From positions 18,912,001-18,976,000 of the forward strand of contig CM119371.1 of the NCBI GenBank assembly GCA_051294905.1: a DNA stretch of 64,000 nucleotides, read 5' to 3'. Each line of letters opens with the position of its first letter. The stretch's first letter is position 1. Below the pieces are notes generated by a model. That model worked only from the letters and a program-made list of their open reading frames with translations, was not told the origin of the DNA and did no database searches. The position numbers and the translations under genes were made by a program. The DNA is from Botryllus schlosseri (lineage: Eukaryota). Below, in pieces: positions 37,601-52,600 of this stretch.

Positions 37601-40600
37601 CGGCACGAGATTGCGATAAACGGCCCTGCACAACTACAAATTGAGCGCGAGTTCATAGCTGAAAGAAGCGGCGGCCGGCAAATGATGACATTCATAGTTG
37701 TACGTGCAATCAAATTGATCGAGTTTGTGTGAAAAAATGCAAAAGGCGGCCTACTACACCCGGTATTCCCAGCCGGTCACCCATGCAAGTACTAACCGGG
37801 CCCAACGTTGCTTGACTTCCGAGATCAGACGAGATCGGGTGTATTCAACGTGGTATGGTCGTAGGCGACAGTGGGTACAATCTGTGCCGTTTTATGTGAC
37901 ATTCTATCGGGCGAAAAGTCGCCATGCACGCTGTCAACGAGACGCCTGAAAAGCAGATTGTCTGATTGCTCGGAGGCACTTTCGGACGAACTGGTCGAAA
38001 AACACACATATAAATTAAGCTCTCCGTGTAAGAGTTTATTTTATTGCAATTCTCGTCATGTCAAAACGGCACGAGATTGCGATAAACGGCCCTGCACAAC
38101 TACAAATTGAGCGCGAGTTCATAGCTGAAAGAAGCGGCGGCCGGCAAATGATGACATTCATAGTTGTACGTGCAATCAAATTGATCGAGTTTGTGTGAAA
38201 AAATGCAAAAGGCGGCCTACTACACCCGGTATTCCCAGCCGGTCACCCATGCAAGTACTAACCGGGCCCAACGTTGCTTGACTTCCGAGATCAGACGAGA
38301 TCGGGTGTATTCAACGTGGTATGGTCGTAGGCGACAGTGGATACAATCTGTGCCGTTTTATGTGACATTCTATCGGGCGAAAAGTCGCCACGCTGTCAAC
38401 GAGACGCCTGAAAAGCAGATTGTCTGATTGCTCGGAGGCACTTTCGGACGAACTGGTCGAAAAACACACATATAAATTAAGCTCTCCGTGTAAGAGTTTA
38501 TTTTATTGCAATTCTCGTCATGTCAAAACGGCACGAGATTGCGATAAACGGCCCTGCACAACTACAAATTGAGCGCGAGTTCATAGCTGAAAGAAGCGGC
38601 GGCCGGCAAATGATGACATTCATAGTTGTACGTGCAATCAAATTGATCGAGTTTGTGTGAAAAACTGCAAAAGGCGGCCTACTACACCCGGTATTCCCAG
38701 CCGGTCACCCATGCAAGTACTAACCGGGCCCAACGTTGCTTGACTTCCGAGATCAGACGAGATCGGGTGTATTCAACGTGGTATGGTCGTAGGCGACAGT
38801 GGATACAATCTGTGCCGTTTTATGTGACATTCTATCGGGCGAAAAGTCGCCACGCTGTCAACGAGACGCCTGAAAAGCAGATTGTCTGATTGCTGTGAAG
38901 CACTTTCGGACGAACTGGTCGAAAAACACACATATAAATTAAGCTCTCCGTGTCAGAGTTTATTTTATTGCAATTCTCGTCATGTCAAAACGGCACGAGA
39001 TTGCGATAAACGGCCCTGCACAACTACAAATTGAGCGCGAGTTCATAGCTGAAAGAAGCGGCGGCCGGCAAATGATGACATTCATAGTTGTACGTGCAAT
39101 CAAATTGATCGAGTTTGTGTGAAAAAATGCAAAAGGCGGCCTACTACACCCGGTATTCCCAGCCGGTCACCCATGCAAGTACTAACCGGGCCCAACGTTG
39201 CTTGACTTCCGAGATCAGACGAGATCGGGTGTATTCAACGTGGTATGGTCGTAGGCGACGGTGGATACAATCTGTGCCGTTTTATGTGACATTCTATCGG
39301 GCGAAAAGTCGCCACGCTGTCAACGAGACGCCTGAAAAGCAGATTGTCTGATTGCTCGGAGGCACTTTCGGACGAACTGGTCGAAAAACACACATATAAA
39401 TTAAGCTCTCCGTGTAAGAGTTTATTTTATTGCAATTCTCGTCATGTCAAAACGGCACGAGATTGCGATAAACGGCCCTGCACAACTACAAATTGAGCGC
39501 GAGTTCATAGCTGAAAGAAGCGGCGGCCGGCAAATGATGACATTCATAGTTGTACGTGCAATCAAATCGATCGAGTTTGTGTGAAAAAATGCAAAAGGCG
39601 GCCTACTACACCCGGTATTCCCAGCCGGTCACCCATGCAAGTACTAACCGGGCCCAACGTTGCTTGACTTCCGAGATCAGACGAGATCGGGTGTATTCAA
39701 CGTGGTATGGTCGTAGGCGACAGTGGGTACAATCTGTGCCGTTTTATGTGACATTCTATCGGGCGAAAAGTCGCCATGCACGCTGTCAACGAGACGCCTG
39801 AAAAGCAGATTGTCTGATTGCTCGGAGGCACTTTCGGACGAACTGGTCGAAAAACACACATATAAATTAAGCTCTCCGTGTAAGAGTTTATTTTATTGCA
39901 ATTCTCGTCATGTCAAAACGGCACGAGATTGCGATAAACGGCCCTGCACAACTACAAATTGAGCGCGAGTTCATAGCTGAAAGAAGCGGCGGCCGGCAAA
40001 TGATGACATTCATAGTTGTACGTGCAATCAAATCGATCGAGTTTGTGTGAAAAAATGCAAAAGGCGGCCTACTACACCCGGTATTCCCAGCCGGTCACCC
40101 ATGCAAGTACTAACCGGGCCCAACGTTGCTTGACTTCCGAGATCAGACGAGATCGGGTGTATTCAACGTGGTATGGTCGTAGGCGACAGTGGGTACAATC
40201 TGTGCCGTTTTATGTGACATTCTATCGGGCGAAAAGTCGCCATGCACGCTGTCAACGAGACGCCTGAAAAGCAGATTGTCTGATTGCTCGGAGGCACTTT
40301 CGGACGAACTGGTCGAAAAACACACATATAAATTAAGCTCTCCGTGTAAGAGTTTATTTTATTGCAATTCTCGTCATGTCAAAACGGCACGAGATTGCGA
40401 TAAACGGCCCTGCACAACTACAAATTGAGCGCGAGTTCATAGCTGAAAGAAGCGGCGGCCGGCAAATGATGACATTCATAGTTGTACGTGCAATCAAATT
40501 GATCGAGTTTGTGTGAAAAACTGCAAAAGGCGGCCTACTACACCCGGTATTCCCAGCCGGTCACCCATGCAAGTACTAACCGGGCCCAACGTTGCTTGAC

Positions 40601-43600
40601 TTCCGAGATCAGACGAGATCGGGTGTATTCAACGTGGTATGGTCGTAGGCGACAGTGGATACAATCTGTGCCGTTTTATGTGACATTCTATCGGGCGAAA
40701 AGTCGCCACGCTGTCAACGAGACGCCTGAAAAGCAGATTGTCTGATTGCTGTGAAGCACTTTCGGACGAACTGGTCGAAAAACACACATATAAATTAAGC
40801 TCTCCGTGTCAGAGTTTATTTTATTGCAATTCTCGTCATGTCAAAACGGCACGAGATTGCGATAAACGGCCCTGCACAACTACAAATTGAGCGCGAGTTC
40901 ATAGCTGAAAGAAGCGGCGGCCGGCAAATGATGACATTCATAGTTGTACGTGCAATCAAATTGATCGAGTTTGTGTGAAAAAATGCAAAAGGCGGCCTAC
41001 TACACCCGGTATTCCCAGCCGGTCACCCATGCAAGTACTAACCGGGCCCAACGTTGCTTGACTTCCGAGATCAGACGAGATCGGGTGTATTCAACGTGGT
41101 ATGGTCGTAGGCGACAGTGGATACAATCTGTGCCGTTTTATGTGACATTCTATCGGGCGAAAAGTCGCCACGCTGTCAACGAGACGCCTGAAAAGCAGAT
41201 TGTCTGATTGCTCGGAGGCACTTTCGGACGAACTGGTCGAAAAACACACATATAAATTAAGCTCTCCGTGTAAGAGTTTATTTTATTGCAATTCTCGTCA
41301 TGTCAAAACGGCACGAGATTGCGATAAACGGCCCTGCACAACTACAAATTGAGCGCGAGTTCATAGCTGAAAGAAGCGGCGGCCGGCAAATGATGACATT
41401 CATAGTTGTACGTGCAATCAAATCGATCGAGTTTGTGTGAAAAAATGCAAAAGGCGGCCTACTACACCCGGTATTCCCAGCCGGTCACCCATGCAAGTAC
41501 TAACCGGGCCCAACGTTGCTTGACTTCCGAGATCAGACGAGATCGGGTGTATTCAACGTGGTATGGTCGTAGGCGACAGTGGGTACAATCTGTGCCGTTT
41601 TATGTGACATTCTATCGGGCGAAAAGTCGCCATGCACGCTGTCAACGAGACGCCTGAAAAGCAGATTGTCTGATTGCTCGGAGGCACTTTCGGACGAACT
41701 GGTCGAAAAACACACATATAAATTAAGCTCTCCGTGTAAGAGTTTATTTTATTGCAATTCTCGTCATGTCAAAACGGCACGAGATTGCGATAAACGGCCC
41801 TGCACAACTACAAATTGAGCGCGAGTTCATAGCTGAAAGAAGCGGCGGCCGGCAAATGATGACATTCATAGTTGTACGTGCAATCAAATCGATCGAGTTT
41901 GTGTGAAAAAATGCAAAAGGCGGCCTACTACACCCGGTATTCCCAGCCGGTCACCCATGCAAGTACTAACCGGGCCCAACGTTGCTTGACTTCCGAGATC
42001 AGACGAGATCGGGTGTATTCAACGTGGTATGGTCGTAGGCGACAGTGGGTACAATCTGTGCCGTTTTATGTGACATTCTATCGGGCGAAAAGTCGCCATG
42101 CACGCTGTCAACGAGACGCCTGAAAAGCAGATTGTCTGATTGCTCGGAGGCACTTTCGGACGAACTGGTCGAAAAACACACATATAAATTAAGCTCTCCG
42201 TGTAAGAGTTTATTTTATTGCAATTCTCGTCATGTCAAAACGGCACGAGATTGCGATAAACGGCCCTGCACAACTACAAATTGAGCGCGAGTTCATAGCT
42301 GAAAGAAGCGGCGGCCGGCAAATGATGACATTCATAGTTGTACGTGCAATCAAATTGATCGAGTTTGTGTGAAAAATTGCAAAAGGCGGCCTACTACACC
42401 CGGTATTCCCAGCCGGTCACCCATGCAAGTACTAACCGGGCCCAACGTTGCTTGACTTCCGAGATCAGACGAGATCGGGTGTATTCAACGTGGTATGGTC
42501 GTAGGCGACAGTGGATACAATCTGTGCCGTTTTATGTGACATTCTATCGGGCGAAAAGTCGCCACGCTGTCAACGAGACGCCTGAAAAGCAGATTGTCTG
42601 ATTGCTCGGAGGCACTTTCGGACGAACTGGTCGAAAAACACACATATAAATTAAGCTCTCCGTGTAAGAGTTTATTTTATTGCAATTCTCGTCATGTCAA
42701 AACGGCACGAGATTGCGATAAACGGCCCTGCACAACTACAAATTGAGCGCGAGTTCATAGCTGAAAGAAGCGGCGGCCGGCAAATGATGACATTCATAGT
42801 TGTACGTGCAATCAAATCGATCGAGTTTGTGTGAAAAAATGCAAAAGGCGGCCTACTACACCCGGTATTCCCAGCCGGTCACCCATGCAAGTACTAACCG
42901 GGCCCAACGTTGCTTGACTTCCGAGATCAGACGAGATCGGGTGTATTCAACGTGGTATGGTCGTAGGCGACAGTGGGTACAATCTGTGCCGTTTTATGTG
43001 ACATTCTATCGGGCGAAAAGTCGCCATGCACGCTGTCAACGAGACGCCTGAAAAGCAGATTGTCTGATTGCTCGGAGGCACTTTCGGACGAACTGGTCGA
43101 AAAACACACATATAAATTAAGCTCTCCGTGTAAGAGTTTATTTTATTGCAATTCTCGTCATGTCAAAACGGCACGAGATTGCGATAAACGGCCCTGCACA
43201 ACTACAAATTGAGCGCGAGTTCATAGCTGAAAGAAGCGGCGGCCGGCAAATGATGACATTCATAGTTGTACGTGCAATCAAATCGATCGAGTTTGTGTGA
43301 AAAAATGCAAAAGGCGGCCTACTACACCCGGTATTCCCAGCCGGTCACCCATGCAAGTACTAACCGGGCCCAACGTTGCTTGACTTCCGAGATCAGACGA
43401 GATCGGGTGTATTCAACGTGGTATGGTCGTAGGCGACAGTGGGTACAATCTGTGCCGTTTTATGTGACATTCTATCGGGCGAAAAGTCGCCATGCACGCT
43501 GTCAACGAGACGCCTGAAAAGCAGATTGTCTGATTGCTCGGAGGCACTTTCGGACGAACTGGTCGAAAAACACACATATAAATTAAGCTCTCCGTGTAAG

Positions 43601-46600
43601 AGTTTATTTTATTGCAATTCTCGTCATGTCAAAACGGCACGAGATTGCGATAAACGGCCCTGCACAACTACAAATTGAGCGCGAGTTCATAGCTGAAAGA
43701 AGCGGCGGCCGGCAAATGATGACATTCATAGTTGTACGTGCAATCAAATTGATCGAGTTTGTGTGAAAAATTGCAAAAGGCGGCCTACTACACCCGGTAT
43801 TCCCAGCCGGTCACCCATGCAAGTACTAACCGGGCCCAACGTTGCTTGACTTCCGAGATCAGACGAGATCGGGTGTATTCAACGTGGTGTGGTCGTAGGC
43901 GACAGTGGATACAATCTGTGCCGTTTTATGTGACATTCTATCGGGCGAAAAGTCGCCACGCTGTCAACGAGACGCCTGAAAAGCAGATTGTCTGATTGCT
44001 CGGAGGCACTTTCGGACGAACTGGTCGAAAAACACACATATAAATTAAGCTCTCCGTGTAAGAGTTTATTTTATTGCAATTCTCGTCATGTCAAAACGGC
44101 ACGAGATTGCGATAAACGGCCCTGCACAACTACAAATTGAGCGCGAGTTCATAGCTGAAAGAAGCGGCGGCCGGCAAATGATGACATTCATAGTTGTACG
44201 TGCAATCAAATTGATCGAGTTTGTGTGAAAAACTGCAAAAGGCGGCCTACTACACCCGGTATTCCCAGCCGGTCACCCATGCAAGTACTAACCGGGCCCA
44301 ACGTTGCTTGACTTCCGAGATCAGACGAGATCGGGTGTATTCAACGTGGTATGGTCGTAGGCGACAGTGGATACAATCTGTGCCGTTTTATGTGACATTC
44401 TATCGGGCGAAAAGTCGCCACGCTGTCAACGAGACGCCTGAAAAGCAGATTGTCTGATTGCTCGGAGGCACTTTCGGACGAACTGGTCGAAAAACACACA
44501 TATAAATTAAGCTCTCCGTGTCAGAGTTTATTTTATTGCAATTCTCGTCATGTCAAAACGGCACGAGATTGCGATAAACGGCCCTGCACAACTACAAATT
44601 GAGCGCGAGTTCATAGCTGAAAGAAGCGGCGGCCGGCAAATGATGACATTCATAGTTGTACGTGCAATCAAATTGATCGAGTTTGTGTGAAAAAATGCAA
44701 AAGGCGGCCTACTACACCCGGTATTCCCAGCCGGTCACCCATGCAAGTACTAACCGGGCCCAACGTTGCTTGACTTCCGAGATCAGACGAGATCGGGTGT
44801 ATTCAACGTGGTATGGTCGTAGGCGACAGTGGGTACAATCTGTGCCGTTTTATGTGACATTCTATCGGGCGAAAAGTCGCCATGCACGCTGTCAACGAGA
44901 CGCCTGAAAAGCAGATTGTCTGATTGCTCGGAGGCACTTTCGGACGAACTGGTCGAAAAACACACATATAAATTAAGCTCTCCGTGTAAGAGTTTATTTT
45001 ATTGCAATTCTCGTCATGTCAAAACGGCACGAGATTGCGATAAACGGCCCTGCACAACTACAAATTGAGCGCGAGTTCATAGCTGAAAGAAGCGGCGGCC
45101 GGCAAATGATGACATTCATAGTTGTACGTGCAATCAAATCGATCGAGTTTGTGTGAAAAAATGCAAAAGGCGGCCTACTACACCCGGTATTCCCAGCCGG
45201 TCACCCATGCAAGTACTAACCGGGCCCAACGTTGCTTGACTTCCGAGATCAGACGAGATCGGGTGTATTCAACGTGGTATGGTCGTAGGCGACAGTGGGT
45301 ACAATCTGTGCCGTTTTATGTGACATTCTATCGGGCGAAAAGTCGCCATGCACGCTGTCAACGAGACGCCTGAAAAGCAGATTGTCTGATTGCTCGGAGG
45401 CACTTTCGGACGAACTGGTCGAAAAACACACATATAAATTAAGCTCTCCGTGTAAGAGTTTATTTTATTGCAATTCTCGTCATGTCAAAACGGCACGAGA
45501 TTGCGATAAACGGCCCTGCACAACTACAAATTGAGCGCGAGTTCATAGCTGAAAGAAGCGGCGGCCGGCAAATGATGACATTCATAGTTGTACGTGCAAT
45601 CAAATTGATCGAGTTTGTGTGAAAAAATGCAAAAGGCGGCCTACTACACCCGGTATTCCCAGCCGGTCACCCATGCAAGTACTAACCGGGCCCAACGTTG
45701 CTTGACTTCCGAGATCAGACGAGATCGGGTGTATTCAACGTGGTATGGTCGTAGGCGACAGTGGGTACAATCTGTGCCGTTTTATGTGACATTCTATCGG
45801 GCGAAAAGTCGCCATGCACGCTGTCAACGAGACGCCTGAAAAGCAGATTGTCTGATTGCTCGGAGGCACTTTCGGACGAACTGGTCGAAAAACACACATA
45901 TAAATTAAGCTCTCCGTGTAAGAGTTTATTTTATTGCAATTCTCGTCATGTCAAAACGGCACGAGATTGCGATAAACGGCCCTGCACAACTACAAATTGA
46001 GCGCGAGTTCATAGCTGAAAGAAGCGGCGGCCGGCAAATGATGACATTCATAGTTGTACGTGCAATCAAATTGATCGAGTTTGTGTGAAAAAATGCAAAA
46101 GGCGGCCTACTACACCCGGTATTCCCAGCCGGTCACCCATGCAAGTACTAACCGGGCCCAACGTTGCTTGACTTCCGAGATCAGACGAGATCGGGTGTAT
46201 TCAACGTGGTATGGTCGTAGGCGACAGTGGGTACAATCTGTGCCGTTTTATGTGACATTCTATCGGGCGAAAAGTCGCCATGCACGCTGTCAACGAGACG
46301 CCTGAAAAGCAGATTGTCTGATTGCTCGGAGGCACTTTCGGACGAACTGGTCGAAAAACACACATATAAATTAAGCTCTCCGTGTAAGAGTTTATTTTAT
46401 TGCAATTCTCGTCATGTCAAAACGGCACGAGATTGCGATAAACGGCCCTGCACAACTACAAATTGAGCGCGAGTTCATAGCTGAAAGAAGCGGCGGCCGG
46501 CAAATGATGACATTCATAGTTGTACGTGCAATCAAATTGATCGAGTTTGTGTGAAAAAATGCAAAAGGCGGCCTACTACACCCGGTATTCCCAGCCGGTC

Positions 46601-49600
46601 ACCCATGCAAGTACTAACCGGGCCCAACGTTGCTTGACTTCCGAGATCAGACGAGATCGGGTGTATTCAACGTGGTATGGTCGTAGGCGACAGTGGATAC
46701 AATCTGTGCCGTTTTATGTGACATTCTATCGGGCGAAAAGTCGCCACGCTGTCAACGAGACGCCTGAAAAGCAGATTGTCTGATTGCTCGGAGGCACTTT
46801 CGGACGAACTGGTCGAAAAACACACATATAAATTAAGCTCTCCGTGTAAGAGTTTATTTTATTGCAATTCTCGTCATGTCAAAACGGCACGAGATTGCGA
46901 TAAACGGCCCTGCACAACTACAAATTGAGCGCGAGTTCATAGCTGAAAGAAGCGGCGGCCGGCAAATGATGACATTCATAGTTGTACGTGCAATCAAATC
47001 GATCGAGTTTGTGTGAAAAAATGCAAAAGGCGGCCTACTACACCCGGTATTCCCAGCCGGTCACCCATGCAAGTACTAACCGGGCCCAACGTTGCTTGAC
47101 TTCCGAGATCAGACGAGATCGGGTGTATTCAACGTGGTATGGTCGTAGGCGACAGTGGATACAATCTGTGCCGTTTTATGTGACATTCTATCGGGCGAAA
47201 AGTCGCCACGCTGTCAACGAGACGCCTGAAAAGCAGATTGTCTGATTGCTCGGAGGCACTTTCGGACGAACTGGTCGAAAAACACACATATAAATTAAGC
47301 TCTCCGTGTAAGAGTTTATTTTATTGCAATTCTCGTCATGTCAAAACGGCACGAGATTGCGATAAACGGCCCTGCACAACTACAAATTGAGCGCGAGTTC
47401 ATAGCTGAAAGAAGCGGCGGCCGGCAAATGATGACATTCATAGTTGTACGTGCAATCAAATTGATCGAGTTTGTGTGAAAAACTGCAAAAGGCGGCCTAC
47501 TACACCCGGTATTCCCAGCCGGTCACCCATGCAAGTACTAACCGGGCCCAACGTTGCTTGACTTCCGAGATCAGACGAGATCGGGTGTATTCAACGTGGT
47601 ATGGTCGTAGGCGACAGTGGATACAATCTGTGCCGTTTTATGTGACATTCTATCGGGCGAAAAGTCGCCACGCTGTCAACGAGACGCCTGAAAAGCAGAT
47701 TGTCTGATTGCTGTGAAGCACTTTCGGACGAACTGGTCGAAAAACACACATATAAATTAAGCTCTCCGTGTCAGAGTTTATTTTATTGCAATTCTCGTCA
47801 TGTCAAAACGGCACGAGATTGCGATAAACGGCCCTGCACAACTACAAATTGAGCGCGAGTTCATAGCTGAAAGAAGCGGCGGCCGGCAAATGATGACATT
47901 CATAGTTGTACGTGCAATCAAATTGATCGAGTTTGTGTGAAAAAATGCAAAAGGCGGCCTACTACACCCGGTATTCCCAGCCGGTCACCCATGCAAGTAC
48001 TAACCGGGCCCAACGTTGCTTGACTTCCGAGATCAGACGAGATCGGGTGTATTCAACGTGGTATGGTCGTAGGCGACAGTGGATACAATCTGTGCCGTTT
48101 TATGTGACATTCTATCGGGCGAAAAGTCGCCACGCTGTCAACGAGACGCCTGAAAAGCAGATTGTCTGATTGCTCGGAGGCACTTTCGGACGAACTGGTC
48201 GAAAAACACACATATAAATTAAGCTCTCCGTGTAAGAGTTTATTTTATTGCAATTCTCGTCATGTCAAAACGGCACGAGATTGCGATAAACGGCCCTGCA
48301 CAACTACAAATTGAGCGCGAGTTCATAGCTGAAAGAAGCGGCGGCCGGCAAATGATGACATTCATAGTTGTACGTGCAATCAAATCGATCGAGTTTGTGT
48401 GAAAAAATGCAAAAGGCGGCCTACTACACCCGGTATTCCCAGCCGGTCACCCATGCAAGTACTAACCGGGCCCAACGTTGCTTGACTTCCGAGATCAGAC
48501 GAGATCGGGTGTATTCAACGTGGTATGGTCGTAGGCGACAGTGGGTACAATCTGTGCCGTTTTATGTGACATTCTATCGGGCGAAAAGTCGCCATGCACG
48601 CTGTCAACGAGACGCCTGAAAAGCAGATTGTCTGATTGCTCGGAGGCACTTTCGGACGAACTGGTCGAAAAACACACATATAAATTAAGCTCTCCGTGTA
48701 AGAGTTTATTTTATTGCAATTCTCGTCATGTCAAAACGGCACGAGATTGCGATAAACGGCCCTGCACAACTACAAATTGAGCGCGAGTTCATAGCTGAAA
48801 GAAGCGGCGGCCGGCAAATGATGACATTCATAGTTGTACGTGCAATCAAATTGATCGAGTTTGTGTGAAAAACTGCAAAAGGCGGCCTACTACACCCGGT
48901 ATTCCCAGCCGGTCACCCATGCAAGTACTAACCGGGCCCAACGTTGCTTGACTTCCGAGATCAGACGAGATCGGGTGTATTCAACGTGGTATGGTCGTAG
49001 GCGACAGTGGATACAATCTGTGCCGTTTTATGTGACATTCTATCGGGCGAAAAGTCGCCACGCTGTCAACGAGACGCCTGAAAAGCAGATTGTCTGATTG
49101 CTGTGAAGCACTTTCGGACGAACTGGTCGAAAAACACACATATAAATTAAGCTCTCCGTGTCAGAGTTTATTTTATTGCAATTCTCGTCATGTCAAAACG
49201 GCACGAGATTGCGATAAACGGCCCTGCACAACTACAAATTGAGCGCGAGTTCATAGCTGAAAGAAGCGGCGGCCGGCAAATGATGACATTCATAGTTGTA
49301 CGTGCAATCAAATTGATCGAGTTTGTGTGAAAAAATGCAAAAGGCGGCCTACTACACCCGGTATTCCCAGCCGGTCACCCATGCAAGTACTAACCGGGCC
49401 CAACGTTGCTTGACTTCCGAGATCAGACGAGATCGGGTGTATTCAACGTGGTATGGTCGTAGGCGACAGTGGATACAATCTGTGCCGTTTTATGTGACAT
49501 TCTATCGGGCGAAAAGTCGCCACGCTGTCAACGAGACGCCTGAAAAGCAGATTGTCTGATTGCTCGGAGGCACTTTCGGACGAACTGGTCGAAAAACACA

Positions 49601-52600
49601 CATATAAATTAAGCTCTCCGTGTAAGAGTTTATTTTATTGCAATTCTCGTCATGTCAAAACGGCACGAGATTGCGATAAACGGCCCTGCACAACTACAAA
49701 TTGAGCGCGAGTTCATAGCTGAAAGAAGCGGCGGCCGGCAAATGATGACATTCATAGTTGTACGTGCAATCAAATTGATCGAGTTTGTGTGAAAAATTGC
49801 AAAAGGCGGCCTACTACACCCGGTATTCCCAGCCGGTCACCCATGCAAGTACTAACCGGGCCCAACGTTGCTTGACTTCCGAGATCAGACGAGATCGGGT
49901 GTATTCAACGTGGTGTGGTCGTAGGCGACAGTGGATACAATCTGTGCCGTTTTATGTGACATTCTATCGGGCGAAAAGTCGCCACGCTGTCAACGAGACG
50001 CCTGAAAAGCAGATTGTCTGATTGCTCGGAGGCACTTTCGGACGAACTGGTCGAAAAACACACATATAAATTAAGCTCTCCGTGTAAGAGTTTATTTTAT
50101 TGCAATTCTCGTCATGTCAAAACGGCACGAGATTGCGATAAACGGCCCTGCACAACTACAAATTGAGCGCGAGTTCATAGCTGAAAGAAGCGGCGGCCGG
50201 CAAATGATGACATTCATAGTTGTACGTGCAATCAAATCGATCGAGTTTGTGTGAAAAACTGCAAAAGGCGGCCTACTACACCCGGTATTCCCAGCCGGTC
50301 ACCCATGCAAGTACTAACCGGGCCCAACGTTGCTTGACTTCCGAGATCAGACGAGATCGGGTGTATTCAACGTGGTATGGTCGTAGGCGACAGTGGATAC
50401 AATCTGTGCCGTTTTATGTGACATTCTATCGGGCGAAAAGTCGCCACGCTGTCAACGAGACGCCTGAAAAGCAGATTGTCTGATTGCTCGGAGGCACTTT
50501 CGGACGAACTGGTCGAAAAACACACATATAAATTAAGCTCTCCGTGTAAGAGTTTATTTTATTGCAATTCTCGTCATGTCAAAACGGCACGAGATTGCGA
50601 TAAACGGCCCTGCACAACTACAAATTGAGCGCGAGTTCATAGCTGAAAGAAGCGGCGGCCGGCAAATGATGACATTCATAGTTGTACGTGCAATCAAATT
50701 GATCGAGTTTGTGTGAAAAATTGCAAAAGGCGGCCTACTACACCCGGTATTCCCAGCCGGTCACCCATGCAAGTACTAACCGGGCCCAACGTTGCTTGAC
50801 TTCCGAGATCAGACGAGATCGGGTGTATTCAACGTGGTGTGGTCGTAGGCGACAGTGGATACAATCTGTGCCGTTTTATGTGACATTCTATCGGGCGAAA
50901 AGTCGCCACGCTGTCAACGAGACGCCTGAAAAGCAGATTGTCTGATTGCTCGGAGGCACTTTCGGACGAACTGGTCGAAAAACACACATATAAATTAAGC
51001 TCTCCGTGTAAGAGTTTATTTTATTGCAATTCTCGTCATGTCAAAACGGCACGAGATTGCGATAAACGGCCCTGCACAACTACAAATTGAGCGCGAGTTC
51101 ATAGCTGAAAGAAGCGGCGGCCGGCAAATGATGACATTCATAGTTGTACGTGCAATCAAATCGATCGAGTTTGTGTGAAAAAATGCAAAAGGCGGCCTAC
51201 TACACCCGGTATTCCCAGCCGGTCACCCATGCAAGTACTAACCGGGCCCAACGTTGCTTGACTTCCGAGATCAGACGAGATCGGGTGTATTCAACGTGGT
51301 ATGGTCGTAGGCGACAGTGGGTACAATCTGTGCCGTTTTATGTGACATTCTATCGGGCGAAAAGTCGCCATGCACGCTGTCAACGAGACGCCTGAAAAGC
51401 AGATTGTCTGATTGCTCGGAGGCACTTTCGGACGAACTGGTCGAAAAACACACATATAAATTAAGCTCTCCGTGTAAGAGTTTATTTTATTGCAATTCTC
51501 GTCATGTCAAAACGGCACGAGATTGCGATAAACGGCCCTGCACAACTACAAATTGAGCGCGAGTTCATAGCTGAAAGAAGCGGCGGCCGGCAAATGATGA
51601 CATTCATAGTTGTACGTGCAATCAAATTGATCGAGTTTGTGTGAAAAACTGCAAAAGGCGGCCTACTACACCCGGTATTCCCAGCCGGTCACCCATGCAA
51701 GTACTAACCGGGCCCAACGTTGCTTGACTTCCGAGATCAGACGAGATCGGGTGTATTCAACGTGGTATGGTCGTAGGCGACAGTGGATACAATCTGTGCC
51801 GTTTTATGTGACATTCTATCGGGCGAAAAGTCGCCACGCTGTCAACGAGACGCCTGAAAAGCAGATTGTCTGATTGCTGTGAAGCACTTTCGGACGAACT
51901 GGTCGAAAAACACACATATAAATTAAGCTCTCCGTGTCAGAGTTTATTTTATTGCAATTCTCGTCATGTCAAAACGGCACGAGATTGCGATAAACGGCCC
52001 TGCACAACTACAAATTGAGCGCGAGTTCATAGCTGAAAGAAGCGGCGGCCGGCAAATGATGACATTCATAGTTGTACGTGCAATCAAATTGATCGAGTTT
52101 GTGCGAAAAAAATGAAAAAGCCGCCTACTACACCCGGTATTCCCAGCCGGTCACCCATTCAAGTACTAACCGGCCCAACGTTACTTGACTTCCGAGAGCG
52201 GACGAGATCGGGTATATTCAACGTGGTATGGTCGTAGGCGACAGATCGAGACAGTTTCTGCCGTTTTATGTGACATTGTCCGTTTCTCTAAGACGATTGC
52301 GATATAATGAAAATGCGTTAGGCCGACTACAATTACAAATTTCGCGCGATACTTCATACGTGAATACAGCGCAGCGATCAAATTGATCGAGTTTGTGCGA
52401 AAAAAATGAAAAAGCCGCCTACTACACCCGGTATTCCCAGCCGGTCACCCATGCATGTACTAACCGGGCCCAACGTTACTTGACTTCCGAGATCGGACGA
52501 GATCGGGTATATTCAACGTGGTATGGTCGTAGGCGACAGTGGGTACAATCTGTGCCGTTTTATGTGACATTCTATCGGGCGAAAAGTCGCCATGCACGCT

